Origin: the human T2T-CHM13v2.0 reference genome, Homo sapiens
DNA length: 64,000 bases
Reading direction: 5' to 3' (one strand)
Assembly (NCBI RefSeq): GCF_009914755.1
Contig: NC_060928.1
In this document: one piece after another, positions 26,720 through 40,007 of the stretch
Layout of the letters: each line of letters starts with the position of its first letter
Position numbering within the stretch: the stretch's first letter is position 1
The notes under the pieces: generated by a model
What the model saw: the letters and a program-made list of their open reading frames with translations, nothing else
What the model was told of the DNA's origin: nothing
Databases searched by the model: none
Made by a program: the position numbers and the translations under genes

Positions 26720-27543
26720 ATGTGAGGCACAGAGAAGTTTCTAAGGGGCTAAAACTACAAATCAGACAATTTTAAATTTTTAAATGAATCTTCAAGGCCA
26801 AACAAATTTAAACATCTCATCAGAAAGAATTGTACAATTTCTGTGCCTTGATAGTAGTTGTTATTTTATACCTGAATTATTCTTTTAAAACAAGCTTTCA
26901 ATGCTGAATAAAACAATGTTTCAAAAGTAGTTAATTTCAAATTATTATCCTGTAAAAATTCCATCTAAATTAATACTAGTCAACATACAAGTATTATATG
27001 TGTATGTACTCCAAATTAAAGTAAATAAATGGGCTAATGTGACCTTTCTTTCAGATGCAGATGGGACAGTTGGCAAATATTTGACCTTTCTGAACTCTGT
27101 ATAGTAACGTAAGTTACTAAGAATCTCTGGCTGTAATGGTAAGCTTTATTTGTCAACACATCAATGAAAAATCTATATTTGAATCCAATGAGTTCCAGTT
27201 CATTTGTGTATGAAAGCACACAATGTACTGTTTTAGGATGTGGGGTTGATTGGCTCATTTACCTTTAGATATAAACAATAGAATTTTTCTTAGATAAATA
27301 TGATGCAATGTGAGCTATGTACTCTGACATGTAATGAATGGTTTGGAAGCCAGCAAGTTCCAGGAGAAATGTCATTCAGAACATCAATATATGAGCTACA
27401 TGCCAAACGATATTTTTACTCTGCTAGGGCATGCTTGAGTTTCAATTCAAGGAAGGAAGAATAAAATGGTATGTAGGATTATGCAGGAAATTTACGTCTC
27501 AGACACATGATAGGAAAAGAATACATCTCAAGAGACAACCTCA

Positions 27544-27985
<442 letters not shown>

Positions 27986-28505
27986 CTATCTGCTTAATAA
28001 ATTTGCTAACTTTGTAGACCTACTGGGTCCACTGGAATCTGTAGAGCCCATTCTGTATCAGAGAGAGATGAAATATGCCTTTTATTTATTTATTTACTTA
28101 TTTTTGCAATAGCTTTGGAGCAATACCGACGCAAGACTTTTTTTTTTCTTCCTAGAGTCCTACTCATGCACACATGTATCTTTAGGCTCATCTGAGACAG
28201 ATTTATACAAGCAGGAAAGATTACATTCTCACCAAGTACATATCACTTATTCTTAAAATAAATTAATGGCTTGTCATGGGGAAAGGAGGGCAGTTAGAAT
28301 TGCTCAAAAGAAAAAAAACATGTTTTGTGTAAATTATTACAAGAAAGCAGTGGCATATATAAAATGTACATAGGAAAACAAAAAGCTACATTCGGAGTCA
28401 AAAAGCATAATACATTTTATATCTTAATAGTATTCCTATTCCACAAAACAAACTAATTTTCAGCTCTTCCCTCTTTGTGCTTGCTTTGAAAATAAATTCA
28501 CTTAC

Positions 28506-28553
28506 CATAGTGTTTATCACAGTTATTTTCATGGCTTTTCTTATGTCATATCC
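28506..28553 (-). pseudogene. Exon-like segment, 48 nt (GYDIRKAMKITVINTM)
   Basis: Acceptor gcactttttag, consensus donor ATG|gtaagt, symmetric phase 0. Confidence 0.55.
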
Positions 28554-29431
28554 CTAAAAAGTGCAAAAATTTATTGCCCTCTATGCAAAATTATTTTGAT
28601 GCAATTCACATGTATCCCAAGCTTCAGTGACATTTGGTTATTATTAAATGATTACAGTGGAATGGAAAATAAGAAAGGAAAAGCATTTCAGTTCTTGGGC
28701 ACAGTCACTTCAACCTCTTTAACTCTTTTACAACCGTGAATTTTTTGTTCCATTAACAAAGCAATAGCTTTCTTAAACTAGAAAAATAATAAAAGAAATG
28801 CAGCAAAAGAGGTGTAAGTCACAATATTTCTAAAATTATGTATCATTATAATATACATTCTGTCTAGAACTCCATTTCCGTTTCCTCCTTGACAAATTAC
28901 ACATATAGATTTCTTAGACCAATATTTTATATCAGAAATAATAGATTTGGGGAAAGATTATTCTGCTAAGGAACAATGTTACAAACTTGGTTGAATCTTA
29001 TCCTTGTCCGAGTCCATTTGTGACAAAGTCTGTCCAGAATTGCATATTTTTGTTGACTTTCAGTTAGCCTTTACTCTGAGCAAAAACCAAGGGTCAATAC
29101 CAGCTAAGTGATATTCTGGTCCTGAGGCTGGTACTTTATGGAGATCTGCTGGAGAGTAACTAATTATATAACAATTTTAAAGAATGCAAAAATCTTTCTG
29201 AGTTTTAGTTCTGCCCACTTTCTTTTTACATATTTCATTGATTTGTTGAATTAGCACAAATATATCTAATACTGAAAATGGGATGTTCCTTCTATATGTT
29301 TATGACAAGACTATGTGTCACAAACTATCAAGGCTCTCAAGGGGAAATTGGTTCTGCTTGCTAACTATTACTAGAAAAGAGTGCCTAAAATTATTCAGTT
29401 TAAAACCTAAATTATTTCTTGGGTAAGTTAC

Positions 29432-30276
29432 CTTCCAAAATGTAATTGATTATATCTACACTATATAACAAGATAATTAATTCTTTTATTTAGTTACTTA
29501 AGTGTACATTTGCAATGAATCTATCTTGGCAGATTCACCAAGGAAATCGGTCTCTTAAAACCAGATGTTCTATCAATGTGTTTGATGAGTTAGTTTTTTG
29601 TTTGTTTGTTTTTTGTTGGTTTCTATAGCCATAGTGGGTGGCTGGTAACCCATGCTTTGGAAATGTTTCAGTGTAAATAATCTTGGTCACATACTATAGT
29701 GAAGAACTTTGAAGACTTAATAATTCATTTGTTCATATGCTAAAAAGAGCTACAGAAACTGTGTCTTTAGTAAACTCTTGGACCTGCCTACTCTATTGGC
29801 CCACTTCGATGTGGAGATTGGGTGGCCATCTATTCAAGAAGTAGTGTGGATTTTTGGTCTAGTTTTCAAAAGAGGTTGTCAGCCCTTCTATTTGGTTGGT
29901 TGATTTTTTAAATATAGAGTCTGTCTTTAATCAGTAACAAGAAATTGTTCCTTGCCAGAGAACATGCTTCCAAACTGTTTGCTAGCTAACTTCTATCAGA
30001 AGCCATTTGAAGGGAATTTCTGGAGACTTTTTTGAAGGATAAAATGACTGTCTCTCTCTAGACATCCAAGTTTTTAACCCCTAAATCAGTCTACATTATC
30101 AAAAAGCTTCCTATTTAGACCCTTTCTTAGCTTCCAACAAGATATTTACTTTGTTGTACTTGGTCCTCAGCTTATATTAATATTAATAGATATCCTGAAA
30201 CATGTTTATGAAATGCACTACCATAGGTAATTAATAATGCTATTAAAATATCATCCACTACATCACACAGAATTTC
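29432..30276 (-). pseudogene. Three exon-like segments: 30276-30222, 29739-29695, 29455-29432
   Basis: Acceptors gtttttgtgtag, ctctttttag, gtgtag; donors gtagtg, gtatgt, gtaact; join as EILCDVVDDILIALLITY-AYEQMNY*VFKVLHY-NIINYILE. Confidence 0.38.
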
Positions 30277-31399
30277 CTACACAAAAACCCATTCAAAGAC
30301 ATGGGCCTTTGTGTTTGATCCTACAATTAACTAATGTGCCTTCTCCTTAAGTGATGATATGACTCCTGTACGCATCACAGTTCCTTTCATTTCAACTACC
30401 AAGAAGCTCAGAGTTAAATTTATTAATTAACATTTATTTCAGCATTTACAATATGCATTCTTTGTTCTAAATTATCCCTGAATTTGCTTTTCTATGTTCT
30501 TCATGGCCTTGACTTTTAAATTTATGTACATATTTTTGGGTTTTGTGTATATCATTGAAAGTTGTCTTAAAATATTTTCTTGAATAAGATGAGTTGTAGC
30601 TAAAGAGAAAGAAAATAAACTAGATGTTCCACTGTATTGTAAAAAGATTCTGAAAAAGATATGAGTAGAGGAGACGAAAAAGGCAAGATAAAGTCATGAT
30701 GAAAAAAATAACTGAGCACCAAAGGTAAATAAAACAGAGGTAGTAATAATTCGTGAAATTAGAAGAATATTGAGATTAATATATAATAAGATTAAAGGAG
30801 GATGACTAAAAAGATAAATACAGATTGAAATGTAGTAAACAAAAAGAAATATAAACCAAAAGACAAAGTCAGTATGTTGGAATAAGTCGAATACTTTGAC
30901 ACATACACAGCAGCAAAACCATTCAAGTAATGTGCTGACAGAAAAGTCAACACTGCTCCTGTGCATTATTGATGTGGTATTCTAGGGGAAACCAAAACCA
31001 GGTCACCATCTTCTAATGCCTATAAGGGTTGTTTTATGTGTGTTATATTCACAACAGCTTTTATTACATCACCAAACATTTACAATCCAATAGTTACAAT
31101 GTTACTCTTATGTTCTCAAATCCATGAATTCACTTAATAGATCAACAAACTCAAATTTAATGAACAGAATGTTTTGAGTTGTGATCCCTAAGAATCAATG
31201 AATTTGGAAGGATGCCAGAGGTTTGACGTACAAGATTATGCAGGGAAAGATGGTGATGACCCTTTCATGGGCCCAGTGCAGGTAGCCAGTGCTTCTCTTT
31301 CCTCTGTATCTTCCCAAATAATGCATTTGTATTTCCTTGTTTTTCTCTCAATAGTTTACTTTTGTCAGTGACTTTTAGAAAGTCGCTGAATTGCTAAGG

Positions 31400-31563
31400 C
31401 ATTGGTTTTCAAAGTGTGGTCTCTCAGACCAGCAGTATCAGTCTTTCCTGGGAATGCAAATTCTAAGGCTGAGGAATAAAAGATTTGGGGGGGTGGGTAG
31501 GGCCTTGCAATCTGTGGTTCAGCAAGGCCTTCAGGTGATTGTAATGCACTTTGAGAACCACTG
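31400..31563. mobile_element. MER5A (hAT-Charlie)
   Basis: 'ggttttcaaagtgtggtc...accagcagtatcag...tttgagaaccactg'. Confidence 0.8.
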
Positions 31564-32463
31564 GACTAAAGGAATATTTGAATATGAGGAGATCATTCAC
31601 AAGCATACTGAATGTGAGTGATAGGAATACAGACAGGGTTAGAAAAGGAGAATGGAAAACTGCAGAAAAAGAAAATAAGCAAGTGACAACTTCCCACTTT
31701 CTTGTACCAGAGACTCAAATGTGAGTTCGAGTTCATATTAATCTTTTAGTTTTCTTTTGTAATTTATTATTTGTATATTTGTGCCTATGCTGGTTTTCAT
31801 TCTTCGTTTGTACTGAAAAGAGAAAGTCTGACACTAAGTTTAGTGAGGAAACTAGAACTACCTAATACTTCACATTCTCTAGACTTCCTTAACTCATTAT
31901 CCTCAGACAGCATAACCCCCCAATTCCTAAGTCATTCTGCAAATGAGCAAGATTCCTTTTAGCTTTAGCTCCATACAGGGATCAACACCACCAGGGCAAT
32001 TTAGTCACCCCTGAGGTAAGCCTCCGCAGCTGTTTAAACAGTGCATGGCCCATAACAACATGACAGTGTAGGGCAGGAAATAAAGAAGGATTCTATTTCC
32101 AACTGAACCTCTGATGGGAGTTGAAATAGGTGGTATTTGATTTCTGAAACTAGAATTCATTTGCTTATCATAAACCTTTCAGCAGCACACTTTCTCTCTC
32201 CCTCCAAGCACCATCACTCTTAAAAACACTTCCATTCCTGCAACTACTCCTTAATTATGGATTCCCATATAGGATCTGATGCTATCTTCTTTGAAAACAG
32301 GTATTTTTGGTTTTGAAATGTCTCTAAATTGTTACGGATTGAAAATTGCAACCTACTTCATAATCACTGGAGATGATTTAGACAAAAAAACAACGAAGAT
32401 GGTCATAAAAAGATGGGCTTAAATGTTGAATTATTTAGCACGAGTGAGAGCAGATTAGTAAAT

Positions 32464-32602
32464 AGATTGACCATGTAATTGCCAGATTTTTAAATCTGGG
32501 AAACTTTTCAGAGAGAATGAAGGGGGTGGCTGTTACAGACTTTGCCAAGACAACAGGCCCGCACTGGAACTGTTTTCAGTAAACAGGGAACAGGCTCACT
32601 GT
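32464..32602. mobile_element. Possible MER94-like hAT-Blackjack remnant
   Basis: Degenerate 'tgaccat...ccaagacaacaggc...gctcact' termini. Confidence 0.4.
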
Positions 32603-33379
32603 ATGACTAGGAGACTTATTGGCTAACTTCAAGTATATGAAAGATATTGAGAAAAATATTTATCATTTACTCTCTTTTTCCATGAAGACCAAATAGGAAA
32701 AAAAGCAGGACACTTTTTGTTGTTGATTTATATGTTTCTTGAGGGTCCTGCTATTATTGGGCTGATCATCTAATTATTAGACATATGTTTATATAAAATA
32801 ATTATTTTTTATAAAATTACCAGACACAATTAGATCATCTTGACTTTCAAAATATTAATTGTAAAAATTAGTGACTGTGAGAGCTGTAGAGTTGCCACCC
32901 ATGGGGACTCATTACCTCTGCTTATAAGTTACTGTCCTTAAACATAATAGGAACTCAGTCATTTTCATGAATTGTATTAAAATTCTACAGTTATACAGCT
33001 CTCTTAAAGAAAAATACTAAGATGTTGTTGTCACATTTTTTCCTAATCTACAGAGTTCAAAATTTCGTTCCCATTATTTGGAGGCCTCCCATATGTAAAT
33101 ATTTCCTCTGACTGTCTATACATTGTTGAGGGTTGGATTATAGAAATCCATTAAAACAAGTATAGGCAAGGCAGTTTCACATTGTTCACGTGATATTCTT
33201 TTACTAGTACATCCTCATGCACTGTTCCCTGTAGACCTCTTTCTTTTGCTACATGCCCTACATCCTACAAAACCTGAAATTTATCTGATGGGTCAAATTT
33301 AATCATAAAATTTGACACCATCAGATTTAATAATAAAACCTGACACTCAGAACCTTGACTTTCAGGAGCAAGAATTACA

Positions 33380-33488
33380 ACATATGAGGAAAAGTGGAAG
33401 GAAAAAAGGAAGAGAAGAGAAGGGAAGGGGAGAGGAGCAGAGGTGGGGGATGGGGAGGGGAGGGGAGGGGCAGGGAGGGGAGGGGAAG
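33380..33488 (+). repeat. Purine-rich / G-run low-complexity tract
   Basis: (GGGGA)n-like runs. Confidence 0.85.
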
Positions 33489-33991
33489 ACGTATGGCAGG
33501 GAAATTTTCAAGAGAAGAGTTCCCCAAAACATTTTGTGTCTTTAAGAAGTACTAAATATACCTCTACAAAACATTAAGGCAATAAAGGTGATCAATTCAG
33601 TGACTTTAGAATTTCATAAAACGCTCGTATCAGTGTCAAGAATTCAAAACAAATTGTTAGTTTTGAGGGTTTTTTTTTTTTTTTTTGTCTCTTAGTCAAT
33701 TCAACTAACATTGGATAGATACATCCTAGGGGTCATCACACACAGAACATGATTAGCAATATGATACTCTGTTATTGATTAAATATATACTTTCCTCTTT
33801 TCTCACTATAATATTGCATGCAACTCATGAGTAGTGCCAAATAGTCCCTCATGGAGAGAGATCAGTTCTGTTTGGGATGTCCTTGGAAGACTTCAAAAAG
33901 TAGAGCTTTGTTGAATTGGGTGCATCATATAAAGAGACAAGGAGAGAGAAAATAGAAAGTCATAGAGCAAACCAATTTTCCTAAAGATTTA

Positions 33992-34727
33992 CAGTAGTCT
34001 TCCCTTATCCTTGGGGATACATTCCAAGACCCCCAGTGGATGCCTAAAACCTTAAAGAGCACCACACCCGATTGCTGTCAACTGGAACACATTTTCTGTT
34101 CATGTCTTTCACCCACAAATTTAATGCCTTTTCTATCATAACTAAGCATTCAGAATGCACTATGGTCATAACCTTTGCAGTATGAGGTGAAACAGCAAAA
34201 CTAGCATGAATTCTTTTTCTTTCTTTACCACTTCATGGATAGAAGTTTTGTTTTTACTATATATTTTAGCAATCTCAGCATAATTATTTTTCCTTTCTTT
34301 AAGTCCTTTCACTTAAAGGAAGCACTTTATGACCTTTCTTTGGCATATCCGAATTGCCAGCACCACTACTTTTGCACTTTGGGGCCATTATTAAGTAAAA
34401 TAAGGATTACTTAAACACAAGCACTGTAATACTGCAACAGTCAATATTATAACCAAGTTAATAGGGATTGATCTAAGGCTGCTAGGTGACTAACGACTAA
34501 TGGGCAGGTAGGCTAGGCAGCATGGATCTGATAGACGAAGGAATGATTGATGTCTCGGGCAGGTTGGAGAGGGATAACACAAGATTTCATCACACTACTC
34601 AGAAGAGCATTCAATTTAAAATTTATGAATTATTTATTTCTTTCTATTTAATATTTTCAGACCACAGTTGACAACAGGTAGCTGAAACTGAGGAAAGTGA
34701 AAAACGGTGGATGAGGAGGGACTGCTG
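33992..34727. mobile_element. MER44-type (Tigger7-derived) DNA transposon
   Basis: TIRs cagtagtcttcccttatcc / ggatgaggagggactgctg flanked by TA. Confidence 0.85.
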
Positions 34728-35042
34728 TAACTGGGGGCAGTGGTGAGAGAAACGGCCAAACACTCTATTGAGGTGAGATTTCTAGCTGTGGGGTTTGGAT
34801 TTTATCTTGTGGGCTTAGGGAACCACTGAAAGTTTGTAGATGGTGATTTTAGGGCCTATGGAAAGTAGCCTTGTAGCAATGTACAGATGAGAATCATTGT
34901 GAAAACAAACAAACCAATATGGGCTTTATTTTAGTTACCAGAGAATGAAGCCAATGAAAATCTAAAATAGGGTGGTGGTGGTGGTCAGTAAGGGGAAAGG
35001 AAAGGATAAATACAAAATATACTGTGAAAGAGAAATCTAGAT

Positions 35043-35338
35043 CAGTGGTCCCCAACCTTTCTGGCACCACGGATCAGTTTCATGGAAGACAATTTTTCCA
35101 CTGAGGGGGAAGAGGGGAGGTTTCGTGGTGAAACAGTTCCATCTCAGATCATCAGGCATTAGTTAGATTCTCATAAGGAGCACACAACCTAGATCCCTCG
35201 CATGTGCAGTTCACCGTAGGATTGTGCTCCTATGAGAATCTAATGCTACCGCTGATGTGACACCTCTTGCTATGCGGTTGGGTTCCTAACAGGCCACAGA
35301 CCAGTAGTGGTCCACTGCCCGGGGTTTGGGAACCCCTG
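35043..35338. mobile_element. MER1B (hAT-Charlie) inserted in an L2 remnant
   Basis: cagtggtccccaacc...gggaacccctg with perfect 8-bp TSD atctagat. Confidence 0.93.
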
Positions 35339-35729
35339 ATCTAGATGCTACTATTACTACTGAATATGAAGGTCTAATAAGAAGGGGGAATTTAAACATT
35401 CTAAAATTATGAGTCTCCCTGACTGGGACTATTGAGGTACAACTGATGGGAGAAAGCCAGTGTGAAGAAGGGGAAGTTGGTGAAGCATGGAAATGGTATG
35501 TGAGAGAAGAGCGTTCTATTACGTATGATGAGTTGACAGAAACTCCCAGCAGAAATAGAGTAAACTGTTGATATGAACTACTAGACATGCAAGGCTTGAA
35601 GCTGAAGGAATGGATCAGATCTCTGATATGGCGAGTGTACACACACAGCCAAATAGGCCAAGAAGAGAAACCTGGGTGAGAAAAGATCCGGTAGAGGAAA
35701 TAGAGCAAAGCGAGAACTATCCAACCAAT

Positions 35730-36420
35730 CAGTGAAATACGAAGTGCCTATGAGGTATTTCTAAAATGCAATCTGATACAAGGAATTGGTTAATAGGGAG
35801 CCGCAAGAGCAGTAAAAGGATGCTGAGGTCACCCAAGATTAATAATTACAGCCACTGTCCCTAGGGCCGAGTAAACAAAGGAGAAGAGGTGGTAACAGTG
35901 GAACACAGGATTTGAAGGAGGGTCCCCATGGAGTTGGTGCTATGTGCTTTGGGGGAAGCTCTTGAAACTGGTTTTCTGATTTGCAGGCTGCGGGTGGCAG
36001 AGCTAGTCTGGTAGGTGCTAGAACTCAGTGGAGGGGGAACCGCTCAGCAGAAGTCCAGGAGTGTATGCCTCAGTAAGTGAGGAAACATTGGGGCATCTCA
36101 TACTCCAGCCTTAAAGAAACCACATTCTAGTTCCCGCTAAGGCTGAGGCTGCAAGTGGTGAAAGACTCTGGAGGCTGGAGCCGACTGTCTGCTGTTGCTG
36201 GAACAATGCTGATAGAAACTGGAAAAACAGAAGGGAAGTCCTGTCTATCCTTTCACCTTCCAACCTCCCTTTCATGCCCCCTACTGGCAGAACGTAACAG
36301 GAAGCCAGCTGATAAGGAAGTCTGGGAAATGTTATCTGAAGACTCCCATGCCCACCCTCATAGAACAGTAGAAAAGGGCCTCTTGGAGTTGAGGAACAAT
36401 AGCGAAATAATCAGCACATC
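35730..36420. mobile_element. Old LTR remnant, family uncertain
   Basis: 'atacaaggaattggtta','ctggcagaacgtaacaggaagccagctg' resemble old mammalian LTRs. Confidence 0.4.
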
Positions 36421-36664
36421 TAGAGAGGAATGTGTTACAGAAGCCCAGGGAAGAGTGAGGTTTCAATAAGAAAGGGGAAGAAAACTTCAACAAATGCTGG
36501 AAATAGGTCAAGGAGAATGAACTAGGCAAAGACTTTTGAACTTGGTGATTAAGATAAAAATGAAATGTTCTTAAATGGATAAGCATTGGAGAAAATTTTC
36601 ATTTAAAACCTTAGACACTACTTCCAATGTCTGTGATTCATCAGTTATGTCAGTTTCTCATTAC

Positions 36665-36738
36665 CTTAAAAACTTCAAAAACAGTAAATAAAACTCTTAT
36701 TATATCTATAGGGAATGATAACTAATATTCCAAAATAT
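36665..36738 (-). pseudogene. Exon-like segment, 74 nt (DILEY*LSFPIDIIRVLFTVFEVFK); all frames contain a stop
   Basis: Very strong acceptor tcttgttttttttttacag, donor AAG|gtaatg. Confidence 0.5.
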
Positions 36739-37859
36739 CTGTAAAAAAAAAACAAGAAATTATGTATATGCCACATAAAAGTATTAACAGTTAAGCATGC
36801 AATATTTTATTGTACCAAAATAGTTCTGATTTGCCCGATAAATTAATTTATAAAATATATTACTCTCTACTTTTTATTGTTATAAATACATTTTAGAATC
36901 CTTATTAAATTCCTTCTGAGTCTTCAGAAAGATGTGAGTAGCCCATGTTAGGAACTGATGACTTAATATTGTGTTAGCATGCCCCTGGCACTGTGGTGGA
37001 GAGTCTCAGCATGAAAGAGTGGCATAAAGAAAACGTTCTTCCTCCCTCCCACAGAGACGAGAATTCCATCACACCATCATCTCTGCTCTTTCCCTTTCCC
37101 CCCACAGAGCTTAAAAAATCTGCCTAGAATGTACATTCCACAGTCCTCTGAAGTATTATAGTAATATTAATAAATTCTTCACATGACATTTGGACAAAAG
37201 CCAGTGACAGATATAAAAATTGAGGTGTCTCTTAGGTCTGAAATGGGTTTTTAAAAATTTCCACGTTAAACAAAAAAGGAAAGCTACATTTTGCTAACTG
37301 TTAAGTGCAATGATTTCATAATAAGTATTAGGTAACCAGCTTACATTAAATATTATGAGTGTTAATATATTTATTTACTTTACAGAACATAGAAATAGCA
37401 TGCTAGTAGAATGGTAGGTCAGAGGTTAAAAGAAAATTATTCTGGCTTCATGCAAAAGGAAAGAAATGGTCAAGCACTACAATAAAGCCTCCTCTTTTGA
37501 TAAATTATCCCCCTTTCCCCTTCCAGGCAATATATAACATATATATAGGGAGGTTCTTTCAAGCCTCTGAAGTGCTATTTTCAGAAGCTCTGCTTCAGGA
37601 CACCCTGGATTTGTTCATTTCTTCTACCAGTTTTTGTTTTAAAAAGCTATATGCAAGTGTGTTGTACACACACCCACACATATATCCATACACACACACA
37701 GTTTAGAGAGATTACTTAAAAAGTTGGTATTTTATAGAAAAACTTAAGCACACCCCTGGCCAGTAGAGTTCTGTCCAAGTTAATCCACACTGATTCTATA
37801 AGTTATCTTATAATATAAAATGTACATATTTACATACATAGTTATTAACATCTACTATT

Positions 37860-38030
37860 GCAGCCCTGCACTATTTCTGAATAATACTCAAAATAACTGT
37901 ATAAGCCAGGAAATATTATCCCCATATATCATATAAAGAAACTGACGCCCAGAGAAACCCTGTCTTACGGTCAGTAAATGACAGAATTAGAAAGATTTCT
38001 AATGTCCAAACTCTTTCCACCAAACCACAC
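37860..38030 (-). mobile_element. MIR
   Basis: 'tattatccccatatatcatataaagaaactgacgcccagaga'. Confidence 0.7.
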
Positions 38031-38343
38031 TGCAAATATGCTTATCTACACTGCAAACTAAAAAGAGCAATTGGTGCTTCTGATCTGTCATTCACAACAC
38101 TGTGTCTGTACTAAGAGACATCACTGGCTCATCTGTTTAGAAAAATTATGCCTTTGGATCCATTCTTTACAATTCTTCTGCCACCAACTATACAGAGACA
38201 GAACAGCAAACTGCAATATAAATCTCTTCAGGAAGCTCTGTGCTGAGCTAAGACTAGGAGTGACTGCTGCTCTGTGTAAGGAGTCTCGTCCAATAAGTAA
38301 GAGAGAGGGGTGACTGATATTTTTGAAGGGGAAGTCATCTTAC

Positions 38344-38755
38344 CATTGAAGCCAAGAATATAGTGTCCAGGTCACTGAAGACATGTGGCTGTGTGCTGTT
38401 GCCTTGCCTGTTCTTCAGGGAATCCCCACTAGCTAGCACAATGCCTGGCATAGAGATCAACCAGATTTGTTGAGTTAATGAGCCAAAAGGCATAGACATA
38501 TCTTGGATTTCTAAAAATTGTTTGGAGGTTCAAAGATAAGACCCAGGCTTAAAAGAATAGGACATTTTTCTGCAAGTTGTTCCTCAGGAAACCATGTTTT
38601 CCATGTACAAGAAGTTGATTGTTGGATAAAGATTTGTAATCATGAGAATATTTTTTTCTGACGTAATAAATGACCAAGGAAATCACACTATTTTCTTTAC
38701 CTCAAAGCAAACAAAGGCCTGATTAAAAGTACACCATGTCAATTACTTGCAGCCT
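38344..38755 (-). pseudogene. Two exon-like segments: 38755-38701 and 38374-38344
   Basis: Acceptors ctcttttcag, gtcttcag; donors GAG|gtaaag, ATG|gtaaga; one stop each in the chain frame. Confidence 0.4.
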
Positions 38756-38764
38756 CTGAAAAGA

Positions 38765-39905
38765 GTGGTACCATAAGATTATAATGGATCTGAAAGATGT
38801 CACCTAGTGACATTTTAATGTCATACGGTAATACATTACTCATATGTTTGTGGGGATGCTGGTGTAAACAAGTCTACTGGGCTGCCTACCCTGCCTACCA
38901 GTGGTATAAAACTATAGCACATACAATTATGTACAGTATATAATACTTGATAATAATAAGCTACTGTTACTGGTTTATGTATTTACTATCCTTTTGATAG
39001 TTATTTTAAAGTGTACTCCTTCTTATAAAAAAAAGATACCTATAAAATAGCATCAGGCAAGTCCTTCAGAAGACATCTAGAAGAAGGCATTGTCATCATA
39101 GGAAATGACAGCTCCGTGTGTGTTACTGGCCCTGAAGACCTTCCAGTGAAACAAGATGTCGAGGTGGAAGACAGTGAAATTGATGATCATGACCCTGAGT
39201 AGACCTAGGCTAATGTGTGTGCTTCTGTCTTAGTTTCCAACAAAACAGCTTAAATAATAATAATAATAAATTTTAGAAAAAGTAAAACGTTTAGAATAAG
39301 AATATAAGGAAATTTTTTTGTACATCTGTACAATGTGTTTGTGTTTTAAGTTAGGTGTTATTACAAAAGAGTAAAACAGTTTAAAATTTTAAAAAGTTTC
39401 TAAAGTAAAAAAATTAAAGTAAGCTAAGGCTAATTTATTGTTGAAGAAAAAATATTTTATCAATTTAGTGTAGCCTAAGTGCACAGTGTTTATAAAGTCT
39501 ACAGTAGTGTACAGTAATGTCCTCAGGCTTCACAGTCACTCACCACTCACTGACCCACCCACAGCAACTCCCAGTCCTTTAAGTTCCATTCATGGTAAGT
39601 GCCCTACCCAGGTATACCATTTTAAATCTTTTATACTGTATTTTTACTCTACCTTTTCTATGTTAACATACATTTTGGTACATAAATACTTACCATTGTG
39701 TTGCAGTTGCCTAGAGTATTCAGTACAGCAACCTCTGTACAGCTTTGTAGCCAGGGGCAAGAAGCTATACCACACAGCCTAGGGGTCTAGTAGGCTATAC
39801 CATCTAGGTTTGTGTCCTTACACTGTATAATGTTCACACAATGACAAGATCACTGAACAATGCACATCTCAGAACCTATCCCTGCCATTAAGTGGCACAT
39901 GACTG
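38765..39905 (+). mobile_element. Tigger3b/MER7-type DNA transposon, left end missing
   Basis: 'gtggtaccataagattataatgg','ccctgaagaccttccagtg', right TIR 'ttaagtggcacatgactg'+TA. Confidence 0.88.
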
Positions 39906-40007
39906 TATATTATATAGACTTACATCATCATTTTTCAAATGCATGTAAGTACATTTGTGTTGAACATAATGCAAATTCAGTTTAAGTATTACTGTATAGA
40001 TTGTTAC

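Noticed and set aside
27263-27423. Minus-strand exon candidate ending AAG|gtaaat
   Set aside because: Acceptor ambiguous and all frames have stops; not listed as a feature though it may belong to the series.
32915-32985. Minus-strand AG...GT segment with an open frame
   Set aside because: Overlaps what looks like an L2 3' tail; probably chance.
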